Positions 49,033 through 64,000 of a stretch of 64,000 nt of DNA are shown here, piece after piece (the stretch's first letter is position 1; each line of letters starts with the position of its first letter). The notes under the pieces were generated by a model, which was not told the origin of the DNA, did no database searches, and was given only the letters and a program-made list of their open reading frames with translations. The DNA is taken from NCBI RefSeq assembly GCF_009914755.1, contig NC_060931.1; one strand, given 5' to 3'. The position numbers and the translations under genes were made by a program. The DNA is from the human T2T-CHM13v2.0 reference genome, Homo sapiens.

Positions 49033-49429
49033 GGGAAAAGCAATATAGATGAATTCAAAAAAGGATAATACTTTCCAAAAAACAGGGTATTAAAGCATAA
49101 TTTTTAGTTAAAAAAAATCAATGTGATATGTTTATGAGTGACATTAGTAAGATGGCAGAGGAAGACTTTCCAGGACTCCAGCTTGCAGACACATTAATTT
49201 GAACCACTATCCATACACAAAAACATCTTCACAAAAGTTAAAGAAACCAGGTAAGACATTACAGCACGTGAATACAGCACAGAAATAAAAAGAGGCACAT
49301 TGAAGAGAGTAGGAAGGACAGTATTACATTACCTGCGTCCCCCAACACCAGCCAGCTAGCAAGGAGACAGATGCTCGTTGAGGAGAGAAAAGAGAAGGAA
49401 TTGAGCACTGGACTTTGCCTCAGCCCCAA

Positions 49430-50690
49430 CACTAGGCCTGCCCCATTAAAATTGTGTTGGGCAGGCTGCCCCCGCCCGACTCCAGGCCAGTACTTCCAGA
49501 CTACATCTCCTGGCCCACTCCAATACCAGGCTGGTCCCAGTGACCCCAGGCCCCAGACCAGCCCTCGGCTTCAGGCTAATCCCAACTCAGGCTCCAGGCC
49601 CAACCCAGCACCAGGCAACCCTGCATAGCCCAAGATGTTAGGCTAGCCCTAGTGCCAGGTTAGCACTCAGACTTCCAGCACCAGGCCAGCCCCTGAATAC
49701 TCATGCTCCAGACCAGCCCAAGTGGCCCCAAACACCAGGTCTGCCCCGCATCAGGTTGGCACCTGTGGCCTCAGACACCAGGCCAGCACACAAGGACACA
49801 GGCTCCAAGCCTGCCCTACGGGTCCACATTCCAAGTCAGCCCCTGTGGCCCCACACTCCAACAGACACAAAGTTCAGGCTCCTCTGGCAGAGCCAGGGTC
49901 CAGGTCCATCCCAGCAGAACCTGGCCTCCTCTGGCAAACCCAGGGTCCAGGCTCATCACAGCAGAACCCAGTGCCAGGCCTGCCCCCAAGACCTGATGAC
50001 TCACACCTGCCTCAGTGGCCCAGTCTCCAGGCAAGCCCTTGCAGACCCAGCCTCCAGGCCAGCACTCACTCACCCAGCCTCTAGGAAGACCCTCATGGCT
50101 CCAGGCACAAAGCAAGCACCCACAGACTGCAGCCTTCAGTGGACCCAGAGTCCAGGCTTATTTCAGCAGACCAAGGCTCCAGGACCACCCTTGCAAACCC
50201 AAGCTCCAGGCTAACCCTGGTAAACCCAAGACCAGGCCTGACTCACAGACTCCAGGCCCACCCCCATGGTCCCAGGTGCCAGTGAAAGCCAGGCATTGTG
50301 GACTCAGGCTCCAGGCCCATCCCCAAGGTCCCAGGTGCCAGCAACTGGTTGGCTCCTGCAGATTCAAGCTAAAGGCCGGTCCAAGTGCCAGGTCAGCTCC
50401 CAAGGGACCAGGCTTCAGACCAGCTCTTGTGGACTAGGGCCCTAATAGTCAACGTGTCCACTCCACAAGGGGCCAGCTTGGCACTGTGAACCCTGGATCT
50501 AAGTCTGCTCCAGCAAACTCATGACCCACATTTGCCCCAGTAAATATAGTCTGCAGACCAAACCTCATGGACCCAAGCACCAGACCTGTGCACCTGCTAA
50601 CCTAGGTACCACAACAGCCTGCCTGAAGACACCAGCAGTAAGCCTGCCCACAGACCACACCAGAAAGCCTGCCTAGGATCTCTGGTCAGG
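49430..50690 (+). repeat. Degenerate C-rich tandem array (core caggctccaggcc) in the L1M 5'UTR
   Basis: Recurring ccagg(c/t) and gctccaggcc motifs at roughly 27-28 bp spacing by eye. Confidence 0.65.
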
Positions 50691-51521
50691 CTAATTGGTG
50701 AAGAACTTTGCCAGCCAAAGCCAGTCTGCAAAGAGTGGAGTAAGTTCCTACTTCTTCAAATGTGCAGGCACCAATACAAGGCAACAAGAATCACAATCAG
50801 GGAAACATAACACCACCAAAGGAACAAACATTAAAGATATTGAGGTTTATGAGCTGCCTAACAAGCAATTCAAAATAATCATCTTTTAAAAACTCCATGA
50901 ACTACAAGACAATACAACTAGACAAGTACACAAAATCAGGAAAACAATAAACAAACAAAATGAGAAGTTCAACAAAGAAACAGAAACCATAAGAATGAAC
51001 CAAACTGAAATTCTGGAACTAAAGAACACAATGACTGAACTAAAAAAATTCCAAAGAGAGCTTCAACAGTAGACTCAATCACATAAAAGAATCAGTGTGC
51101 TTGAAAAGGGGTTATTTGAAATGATCCAGTCAGAGGAACAAAAAGAAAAAAGAAAAAGAGTAAAGAAAGCCTTTGAGAATTACGGGATGCCATCAAGCAA
51201 ACCAATTTATATGTTATGGGTGTCCCAGAAGGAGCAGAGAGAGAAGAAAGTTTATTTTAAAAAATAATAACAAAAATTCCCCAAATCTGTGGAATGTAAA
51301 AAATATCCAGGTATAGGAAACTCAAAGATCTCCAATCAGGTTCAATGTAAACAAGACTACCCCAAGATATATTACAATCAAATTGTCAAAAATCAAAAAC
51401 AGAGAGGATCTTGAAAGCAACAAGAGAAAAGAAGCATATCACATACAAAGGAATCCCAAGATGGCTATGAACAGATTTCTCAGTAGAAATCTTATAAGCC
51501 AGGAGAGACAGGGATGATCTA

Positions 51522-51906
<385 letters not shown>

Positions 51907-52453
51907 CTAAAACAAATAAACTGAACAAATACAGAACACTCCGTCCAACAGCAGCGGAATACACATTCTTCTCAAATGCACATGGAACTTTTTTCAGGAT
52001 AGATCATATGTTAGACCAGAAAATAAGGCTTAACAAACTTAAGAAGACTGAGATCATATCAAATATCTTTTCCAACCACAATGGTATTAAACTAGAAATC
52101 AATAAAGGATGGATTTCGAAAAATTCACCAAAAATTTCTCAAAAAAAATAAACAACATGCTTATGAGCAACCAATGGATCAAAAAAGAAATTAAAAGAGA
52201 AGTTTTAAAATGTCTTGAGACAAATGACACAACATACCGAAAGTTATGGGATGCAGCAAAAGCAGTTCTAAGACGAAAGTTTACAGCAATAAATGTCTAC
52301 ATCAAAAAAGATTTCAAATAAATAACCTAGTATTAAACCTCAAGAACTAGAAAAAGAACAAACAAAGCCCAAAGTTAGTAGAAGGAAGAAAATAATAAAG
52401 ATCAGGGCAGAAATAAATTAAATACAGACTAGGAAAACAATAAAGATTAATAA

Positions 52454-52663
<210 letters not shown>

Positions 52664-53885
52664 TAGATAAATCAAATCAATAAAACTTTAGCTAGACTAA
52701 GAAAAAAAAGAAATCTCAAAACCAGAAATGAAAAAAGAAACATTACAACTGATATTACAAAAATATAAAGAATTATAAGAAACTACTATGAACAAATATA
52801 TGCCAACAAACTGGATAACTTAGAAGAAACTGATACATTTCTAGACATATACAACTTACAAAAATTGAATCATAAAGAAACAAAATCTTAACAGATCAAT
52901 AGTGAGTACAGAGATTAAATCAGTAATAAAAAGTCTCCTAACAAAGAAAAGCCCAGGACTTGATGGCTTTACTGTTGAATTCTACCATACATTTAAAGAA
53001 AAACTAATACCAATCCTTCTAAAACTCTCCCCAAAAAAATCAAAGATGGAAAAGTATTTCCAAACTCATTTTATTAGGCCAATATTACCCTTCTGTTAAT
53101 GACAAAGACACTACAGGAAAAGAAAATTACAGGTCAATATTCCTGATCAACACAGATGCAAAATCCTCAACAAAATACTAGCCAATCGAATTCAGTAGCA
53201 CATTAGAAGAATCATTCACCATGATCAAGTGAGATTTATCTCTGGGGTGCAGGGATAGTTCAACATGTGCAAATCAATAAATGATATACCACACTAACAG
53301 AATGAAAGACAAAAATCATATGATCATTTTGATAGATGCAGAAAAGGCACTTGGTAAAATTCAACAACACATCGTGTTAAAAACTCAAAAAAAACTCTAT
53401 AGAAGGAACGTACCTCAACGCAATAGAGGCCATATACGACCAGCCCACAACTAACATCATAATCAACAGTGAAAAGTTGAAAGCTTTTCCTCTAAGATCA
53501 GGAACAAAACAAGGATGCACACTCTCACCACTACTATTCATCAACATAGCCACTGGAAGTCCTGGCCAGAGCCATTAGGCAAGTGAGAAATAAAAGGCAT
53601 CCAAATCTGAAGGGAAGTAAAATTATCCCTGTCTGCAGACAGCATGATCCTTTAGACAGAAAACTAGATAAAGGACCCTAAAGACTCCACCAAAAGAGTG
53701 CTAGAATAAATGCATACAGTAAAGTCAGAGGATACAAAATTAACATACAAAAATCAGTAGCATTTCTATACACTAACAATGAACTATCCAAAGAAATAAT
53801 CAGAAAAACAATCCCATTTCCCATTTACAATAGCTACAAAAAAAAAAAGTTAGAAATAAATTTAACCAAGGAGGTGAAGCATCTA

Positions 53886-54269
<384 letters not shown>

Positions 54270-54322
54270 TCAATGGATAAAAACATTCCCATTCCATTTA
54301 TTTATAAAATTAAGAACAGTAC

Positions 54323-54377
54323 CTATCAACAGCTCCCTGTAAAGCCCCAATTCTCGTCTGCATCATCTGAAGAACAC
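54323..54377 (-). CDS. COG5: COG5 coding exon (exon 4), 55 nt, (G)VLQMMQTRIGALQGAVD(R)
   Basis: ttttcctag|GTGTTCTT...GATAG|gtactg; phase 1-2; frame continuous with flanking exons. Confidence 0.96.
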
Positions 54378-54584
54378 CTAGGAAAACATAAGTTTACATT
54401 GGCTTTACAAATTTACAGGGCATCCAACTGGGTAAATAGTTAAATTAAAAGAAAATACATGCATATATAATTTTAACTTTTTTTGTCACCATCCTAATCC
54501 AAGCAACCAGTATCTTTTACCCACACTGCTGTAAAAGCCTGTAACTGGTCTCCCCCTCCAATCTTTGCCTCACAAAAGAAGCCT

Positions 54585-54772
54585 GACAGGGAATGGGAAC
54601 TGACTGCTTAATGGATATGGGGTTTCCATCTGGGGTGATGGAAAAGTTATGGACCTAGATACTGAGGATGGTTGCACAACACTGTAAATGTACTTAATGC
54701 CACTGAATTGTATGTTTTAAAATGCTAAAAACAATAAATTTTATGTTATGTATATTTTAACACATTACCAAA
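54585..54772 (+). mobile_element. L1MB 3' tip
   Basis: ggttgcacaacactgtaaatgtacttaatgccactgaattgta. Confidence 0.8.
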
Positions 54773-55343
54773 AAAGTATGACTGATCCTCCATGATATCC
54801 CCTTTGCCCCATCACTCCTATATTAAAACTATAGTCCACAGCTTAGTCTACAACTCTCTAGGCTTACAACATGAGGAAATTTTCACAAATTGGAAAAATA
54901 TTTCCAGGAAGATCAAGCATAAATTTTATTATTTAGGCTTTCAATTAGTACAGATATTTAATTATTTTGAATGCCATTCTTTAAAATTCAGTTTCTATAT
55001 CCAACTGGCATAGTTGTTTTGAAAGCATAGTATTCTATTAATATCTAAATTTAAGTATAGACATGTGGTCATATTTTAAATGAAATAATATTGGAACAAA
55101 TAAACATTCCTATCAGCATACAAGTATACAATAACAGAGTTCAGTTCAATAGAATCCTCTCTGAACCAAAGATTCCCACTTTTCTGCTGGTTTTGTGGTG
55201 TATTCACCATACACTGCCAAGAATACACTGCCATTACTTATAACCATTTTCTTACATCATATTCTCTCCACAACCCAGTCTCAATGGGTTTCCACCAATA
55301 CTCCACCAAAACAGATGTTACCAAGGTCACCAGAAATCTATGA

Positions 55344-55746
<403 letters not shown>

Positions 55747-56748
55747 TTGTCTAGGCTTTCAAATCATCACACTTCCTGGGTCTCCTATTATCTCATTAGT
55801 TGTTCCCACTTCTCCTCTGTCAGACCTCTACATGTGCTGGAGTACCCCAAGACGTGATCCTCAGCCATCTGCTCTTCTCCATCTACAATCTTTCAGGAAT
55901 TTCATTCAGTCCCAAAGTTTTAAATAGTATCTGTTCAATAAAATACTGATTTTATACACACACACACATATACAGACGTATACACATACATCTATGTAAA
56001 AAGATTTTCTTTATATATCTGCCTATGTTCTCATTCCCTATCTCTCTGTCCTCTTTCTCTCTCTTCCCCTGTACTGTTACATCAAATGTAAGATACCCAA
56101 GACAGTTTATGCCCTACCCCCCAACCTATCAAAAATCACACTTCTCTCCAGGCTATGTCATCTCCATTACTCATACCATCATCTATCCAATTTTTGAGAC
56201 TAAAATCCTAGGAATAACTCACGGTGACTTTTTTCCATCAGCTCTTTCATCTGCCATCAACAAACCCTATCAGCTTTGCCTACATTTTACTCCATCTGCC
56301 ACCACTCTAATCCAATGCACCATCAACTTCAACTATTCTAATAGCTTCCAAACCAGTGTCCCTGATTCCACCATTGCCTTTTTCTACAGAGCTATCAGAG
56401 TAAACTATTCCGAGTATTAATCTCATCATACAATAACCTGATTAAACTCTTCCAATGGTTTACCATTGCATTTAGAATTAAATCCAAATTCCTTCCCAAG
56501 AACCTTATCTACGATCCTCTCCCTCCTTCACTAAACATCAGCTATTCTGGGCTACTTTCTGCCCCTCAAACATGCCAAATTAATTCCTGCTTTCCCATTT
56601 ATTGTTCAGTCTTCTCCTCAAATCTTCACATGATGGCTCCTCCTCATCATTAGATCTTGGCTCAAACGTCATCTTCTCAAAAAGGCCTTCCCTCTCCTTC
56701 ATCCATCCCCATCACCTGTTTTATTTTCTCTATAGAATTTACAAATAA

Positions 56749-56988
<240 letters not shown>

Positions 56989-57067
56989 TGACTTTGTCTA
57001 TCATTCACAAGTGCCTAGTACTTAACAAGTTATTAATTACTATTTGATTGCCTGAATGAACAAATAA

Positions 57068-57305
<238 letters not shown>

Positions 57306-57632
57306 AGGCTACCTCTTTTTGACAAAAAGAAGCTTAATAAATATTCCTCAAAATTCCATGAAAACAAAAACTCTATTGCTATAGCTTTCTGAAACCTAGC
57401 AAATTCTCAAAAGTAATATTTGGAAGAATATTTTTAAAAAGAACATTTTTAAATAAAATAGGCTTAAACATACCTCCAAACTACTTACATGCTAAAAAAA
57501 TTTTACATATTTAGGAGAATAAAGCAGATGAAGTAGAAGCTAGAATAATATTCAATTTTTCTAATATGTATACACACCACACTTACTTTTCAGCATCTCA
57601 AAATAACATCTAGACACATCATGCTAAAATGA

Positions 57633-57961
<329 letters not shown>

Positions 57962-58329
57962 TACACTTCAATCTTTTATGTTCAAATAATCTAGTGAATA
58001 TCCTGAGATAATCATAGGAAAAAAGTAGCCAGCCTTTGTACTCTACACACTCACACAAGAGATAATCATTCTAATTCAGTCTAGCAGTGTATTTCAAATA
58101 TTTTAATCTTTGAACATCATTCTGGGAAAAACAAGCACATTATAAACTAAAACACATATTTAAAAACCACAATGAGAAATATTTCTGTTGCGGTGATTCA
58201 TCTAGACCTATACACACTCAATGTACTACCATGCCATCCTTATTAATAAAAAACTAGCATGTTTTCAAGATTGCCATTAAAATATTACATGCTCTCAAAA
58301 ATGCATAAAAATATTATGACATTTAAAAA

Positions 58330-59295
58330 CATAATTAAAACTAGTGAGCTTCTGCACAGCCAAAGAAACTATCAATAGAATAAACAGACAACCTACAGAA
58401 CGGGTGAAAATGTTTGCAAACTATGCATCTGACAAAGGTCTAATATCCAGAATTTATAAGAAACTTAATTCAACAAGCAAAAACACAACTCCATTAAAAA
58501 GTGGGCAAAAGACATAAAGAGACATTTCTCAAAAGAAGGCATACATGCAGGCAACACACATGAAAAAAAAATGCTCAACATCACCAATCATCAGAGAAAT
58601 GCAAATCAAAACCACAATGAGATACCATCTCACACCATTCAGAATGACTATTATTAAAAAGTCAAAAAACAACAGATGCTGGTGAGGCTGTTGAGAAAAG
58701 GGAATGCTTATATGCTTTTGGTGGGAAGGTACAGCCACTGTGGAAAGCAGTTTGGCGATTTCTCAAATAACTCAGAACTACCATTTGACCCAGCAATCCT
58801 GTTACTGGATATATATTCAAAAGAAAATAAATTGTTCCACCATAAAGACACATGCACTTGTATGTTCATCACAGCACTGTTCACAATAACAAAGACATAG
58901 AATCAACCTAGGTGCCCAACAACAGTGAATTAAAGAAACATGGTACATATATACCATGGATACTACACAGCCATAAAAAAAGAATGAAACTATGTCCTAT
59001 ATAGCAATATGGATAGAACTGAAGGTGATTATCCTAAGCAAATTAAGGCAGGAAGAGAAAAATCAAATACTGCACAGTCTCACTTATAAGTGGGAGCTAA
59101 ACATTGGGTACTCATAGACCTGAAGATGACAACAACAGACAATAGGGACTACTAGAGGAGGGAGTACCTAACTGTTGGGTCCTATGCACACTACCTGGGT
59201 GACAGGATCATTTGTACCCCAAACCTCAGCATTATGTAATATTCTCAGGTACAAACCTACACATATACCCCCCCGGATCTAAAATAAAAGTTGAA
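58330..59295 (+). mobile_element. L1PA15/16-like 3' fragment
   Basis: ORF2 C-terminus and 3'UTR (actacctgggtgacaggatcatttgtaccccaaacctcagc). Confidence 0.82.
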
Positions 59296-59879
59296 ATGAC
59301 TAATAATAGTAATTAATTTCCAGTACTAAGTCAATCGGTACTTAGAGCTTCCTAATCTTCCTAAGAACCTAGTCAGATATGTATCCCAGATTTCAAATAA
59401 CAAACTATTATTTCCAAAAATACTAAGTTCTTCATCAGGGTATCTTAGAAATATTGTACATGCTGAGAATAAGTTAGTATCTTTGAGTACATGAGAAATA
59501 CTGGGGGAAGCATTAAAGAATACTGCATCACAGAAAACAATATCCTCTCTCCTTAAGAATTTGATCAACATCGAGAAAAACCCCTTACCTTTCTTCTGAT
59601 GTACAATGATTAATAATAGTAATCACAAGTAATAATGTAAAACACAATAGTAACATTTCATATTTATGAGATGTAGTTTAATTTAATCAAGAGGGAATGA
59701 AAAATTCATAAAAGATTTAGTCAAACAAAAATAAGCAGATTTGTAAAAATAAAAATCCAATTATTACTTGACTATATTTTCATTAAAAAGAGTTGCAAAA
59801 AAGGCTCCAAGAAAGGCAAAAATAAGAAAAAAAATTCATGCCTTCTTCCACTACTAGTCACTCTGGTATTGTTGATGTT

Positions 59880-60103
59880 TTTATTGTTTTAATTAACTAA
59901 CACTTACAGGTGCACTAAATATGTGCAGGCATTGTTCTAAGTATCTTGCTAATTCATTTAATCCTCAGAACAATGCTGTGTTAGTACACATTATACTCCT
60001 GTTTTACAAATAAGAAAACTGAGGCAGAAAAGGGTTAACTAACTTGCTCAAAGTCAAACACCTAGTAAGCAGTAAAACAAGGATTTGAACCCAGATCATT
60101 TAG
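59880..60103 (-). mobile_element. MIR
   Basis: Reverse MIR core ttttacaaataagaaaactgaggcag. Confidence 0.8.
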
Positions 60104-60105
60104 CT

Positions 60106-60288
60106 CAGGGGCCAGCAAAGTTTCACTAAAGTCTTACTGAAACATAGCCACACACATTTGTTTTCATATTATCTGCCTACTTTCACTCTACAATGGCAGA
60201 GTTTAGTAGTTGCAACAGAGACTGTATGGCTGGCAAAGTCTAAAATACTTGCCATCCAAAGTAGCTTGCCAAAGCTTGCCAATCCCTG
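60106..60288. mobile_element. MER58A-like hAT element
   Basis: caggggccagcaaa ... ttgccaatccctg termini. Confidence 0.72.
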
Positions 60289-60329
60289 GTCTAGCTCTAC
60301 ATAATCTCTAGCAGTTATTAGAAATATAC

Positions 60330-60387
60330 CTTCCAACGACTCAATCCCAGTTGCTTGTGCCAGTAAATCTTCATGTCTTGCAACAAC
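60330..60387 (-). CDS. COG5: COG5 coding exon (exon 3), 58 nt, VVARHEDLLAQATGIESLE(G)
   Basis: Minus strand ttttcag|GTTGTTGCA...GGAAG|gtatat; phase 0-1; joins in frame to the next exon; peptide recognised as COG5 N-terminal region. Confidence 0.96.
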
Positions 60388-60612
60388 CTGAAAATCAAAA
60401 ATAAATGATTAGCTTTTGCTCTGTTAGGTATTCTTCCTTGTAACCACAATGTAGAATGGACAGTCTCTCTTGGTGTAGAAACGAGGCAAATACAAATACA
60501 AAAGAAAAAACCACAGGTTTTTAAGGTGTGTCTGAGATGAGTTGTAAGCGGGAACACACATACATTTACAGTTCAACACAGAGCAAGAGGAGTTACAGCC
60601 TTTTCTTAGCCC

Positions 60613-60951
60613 TGTCTTAGTCTGTTTGGACTACAAACACAAAATACCTTAGACTGAGTAATTTACAAACAGAAGAAATTTATTGCTCACAGTTCTGGGG
60701 TTTGGGAAGTCCAGCATCAAGGCATTGGCAAATTCAGCATCTGGTGAGAACCCATTCCTTACAGATGGTACCTTGTATCTATCTTCACATGGTGGAAGGG
60801 GCAAACAGTCTTCCTCGGGCCTCTCCAATATGATATGATAGTATTAAGAGCCCTGCACTAAACCCTAGTAAGAGCCCCGAGCTCTTAATACTATCATATT
60901 GGAGATTAAGTTTCAACATATGAATGTTAGGGGAACACAAACACTCAGACA
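60613..60951 (-). mobile_element. ERVL-MaLR solo LTR (MST/MLT1A-like)
   Basis: TG...CA termini; 5-bp TSD AGCCC; aaatttattgctcacagttctgg motif. Confidence 0.85.
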
Positions 60952-61707
60952 AGCCCCTTGCTATCTTAAAGAGATGTACAAGTGGAGTTGTGCCAAAAAA
61001 TGTAAAAAACAGCTCATTATTGCCACACCATTATTATGTTTTCCCTTTAAAGAACATTTTCAAACATCAGGTTCTCTTTGTTCTTGAATTTGATTCAGCA
61101 CCACCAAGGCTACATCCTACTCTGGAAAGATACAGCATTCAGTGCTCACCTATACCTGAACATCTCTCTGCTTCCAGTTTCCCAGTGTCACATACCCACA
61201 GCAAATCCTTTTCCCTACAGATGTTTGATACTTTTATGAAAATTAGGGCACTGCAGATGGCCAGAACAAAAAAACCAAGGTTACTAAAGGCGACATGCAA
61301 GACATTCCTAGAAACATCACAAAATCATGCAAATCTTTAGAATAATGCAGGAATCCTTATTATTGTGTGCCTTTTATTCCAATGAATACTTAGTTTCATG
61401 TCTAGTCTGCTGACTGAAGTTCTTAATCACCAACGACTGGAACCCCTAAATCCTCCACTTTGTCTTGTTTCAGATATCACTGTCATTCTGTCAAGTTTCT
61501 TTCTATCATATCTACTCAAAGTATTACTCTTGGTCACCTCGGTCTTTTATTCGTAAGGTTGCCAGAAGATGTCTGAATTTTTCCCAGCCTACTGATACGG
61601 TCATCAATATGTCCATCTTAACAAGACTAACTTTTTAAAAATTATCTATTCTCCTTTATCACTAGTAATACTTTGGTAAGGTTAAAAAGCCTAAAACTAT
61701 AGTTTCA

Positions 61708-62076
<369 letters not shown>

Positions 62077-62815
62077 GGAGAGAGGAAAGCTTACTGTTTC
62101 AGCTAGTAATAAAGGTCCTGAGACCTGAGAATTTAGAGACAGTTAAGAGAACCACATTGATCACTCCAGGATTTAGTCATCAGATATCTAGAGGCAGAAT
62201 TTTAGCACTGGCATGGAAGGTAAGAACAGGTACTTCCAGGCCTCTGTATTGCATCTGTGGTAGTTCCTTCAACTCCGTCCACTAGCTATTCACCCAACAA
62301 TTTTATAAGCATCCAAACTCTCTGTATGAAGTGTCTTTCTTAGAGTGATTTCTAGTTCCTGCACTAAACCCTAATAGTAAATGTTTTACAATTTTAGTCA
62401 TCTCACTGATATAGACTACTGGGACTCGGAGACTTCCTCTACCTCACATCCTAGGCCACTACAACTTCTCCCCTCTAAGTGATGGTAAATACATTTTAAG
62501 TTCTTATTGATTCCTGCAGAGTAGATGCTGCATACAAGGAATAAGGAAAATACCAAGCATAAAAGGACTAAAAGAATTTCAGGTGGTTCTTGCAAAAAGC
62601 CACCCCCTGAGAACTCTAGACAAAACTAAATACATTATCCCCGCTCTCATAAACAACTTACACTGTTCTATTTAAAACAGGCCTCGCTTGCCTACCATTA
62701 TTTCTGTCTGTGTCTGCCACTGGTCTGTGGGTCCTTGGAGAGCCAAGAAATGTATTCTATTTATTTGGCTATCCCCACAGTCTAACCCAAAGCTTGACAA
62801 TTAAGCGTGTTTTCT

Positions 62816-63113
<298 letters not shown>

Positions 63114-64000
63114 TAAACGTGTTTTCTAAATATCTGTCAATAAAGATTGAAATCAAATGATACATAATCAGAATTTTAGAGTTAAAATAACCTTAGAAGG
63201 CATCCCAGTCCTATCTAAGGCACTCAAAGAAACTAAGACACAAAAATGATCAAGTGGATATGTCTCAGGTTATACCAAATCTATGTTTCCTGGTAAACAA
63301 TCTATGTTTCATGCATATGTTCATTCATTTAAATATGTATTAAATACCTACTCAATCAAAGGCAACACTAGAAATTATGCCATAAAATCGCCCTATAAAA
63401 TTTACAGAATTTTAGTAGAGGAGGGAATCTTCAAAGTTATCTACTACAGTCTCCTCTTCCTCTTGCTTATTCCAACCCATCTGATAGATTAAAAAACAAA
63501 AAAGCAAGACTCAAAGACTTTAAGTGATATTAAAGTCAGTTAACAACAGCATAGCTGAAATTAGGACCCGTCGCCTAACATCTCATATTGTATCCTACTC
63601 ACAATAACATTTATCAACTTTCTGTAATTTCAGCAAATGCTACACTTTGTGCTAATAAAGTATGAATTGCGAATGTAACATCCCAATTTTTCTTATTCAT
63701 ATTGTTTTACTTCCAAAATTCCATTTTCTATTATCTTTATCGAACACATCCTATTTTTTGCCCACTATATTCGTTGCACATCAGTTAAGGTGGTGAACAG
63801 GAAGTATGAATGAAAGGCTTTGGTGAGGTGGTATATTAGTTTTTCCACAAACAAAAAGTGGTTTACAGAAAATTTCAAAAATTTACTTTGAAAAATAAGT
63901 CACACTGGTAAGTATGTACTTCTTCATGTAAATATGCATTTGTATTTAATAAGATTACAAAAATGCTAAATTATCACTTTAGGCTGAATAATCCATAGGG

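Noticed and set aside
49371-50437. Overlapping Pro/Gln-rich ORFs
   Set aside because: By-product of the C-rich repeat array in an L1M 5'UTR; open in several frames, with no exon structure
60924-61340. 138-aa plus-strand ORF
   Set aside because: Starts inside an MaLR LTR, has no recognisable domain and is antisense to COG5; consistent with chance
63114-64000. COG5 exon 2
   Set aside because: No matching exon or donor seen; presumably beyond the right edge

Overview
Primate (human-like) genomic DNA from the 5' part of COG5, transcribed on the minus strand. Four coding exons are present: 60330-60387, 54323-54377, 54156-54225 and 33280-33400 (exons 3-6 by my recollection of the gene model). All have GT-AG boundaries and splice into one open frame. 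The rest is intron, mostly transposon-derived: a full-length but inactivated L1PA3/4 with a 17-bp TSD, near-full-length L1PA7/8 copies, an internally deleted L1PB, older L1M/L2/MIR fragments, about 27 Alus, three solo LTRs with clean TSDs, and several DNA-transposon relics. Every long ORF in the track is a LINE-1 fragment, an Alu translation or a low-complexity artefact. I found no convincing new biological system. The best leads are: in-frame cryptic donors after exon 5; the L1PA3/4 5'UTR (ORF0, antisense promoter sense to COG5, duplicated ZNF93-target segment); a template-switch hairpin inside an MaLR LTR; an ancient twin-primed L1; and direct-orientation L1s flanking exon 6. Repeat subfamily names come from recognition, not a database search, and old-repeat boundaries are approximate.
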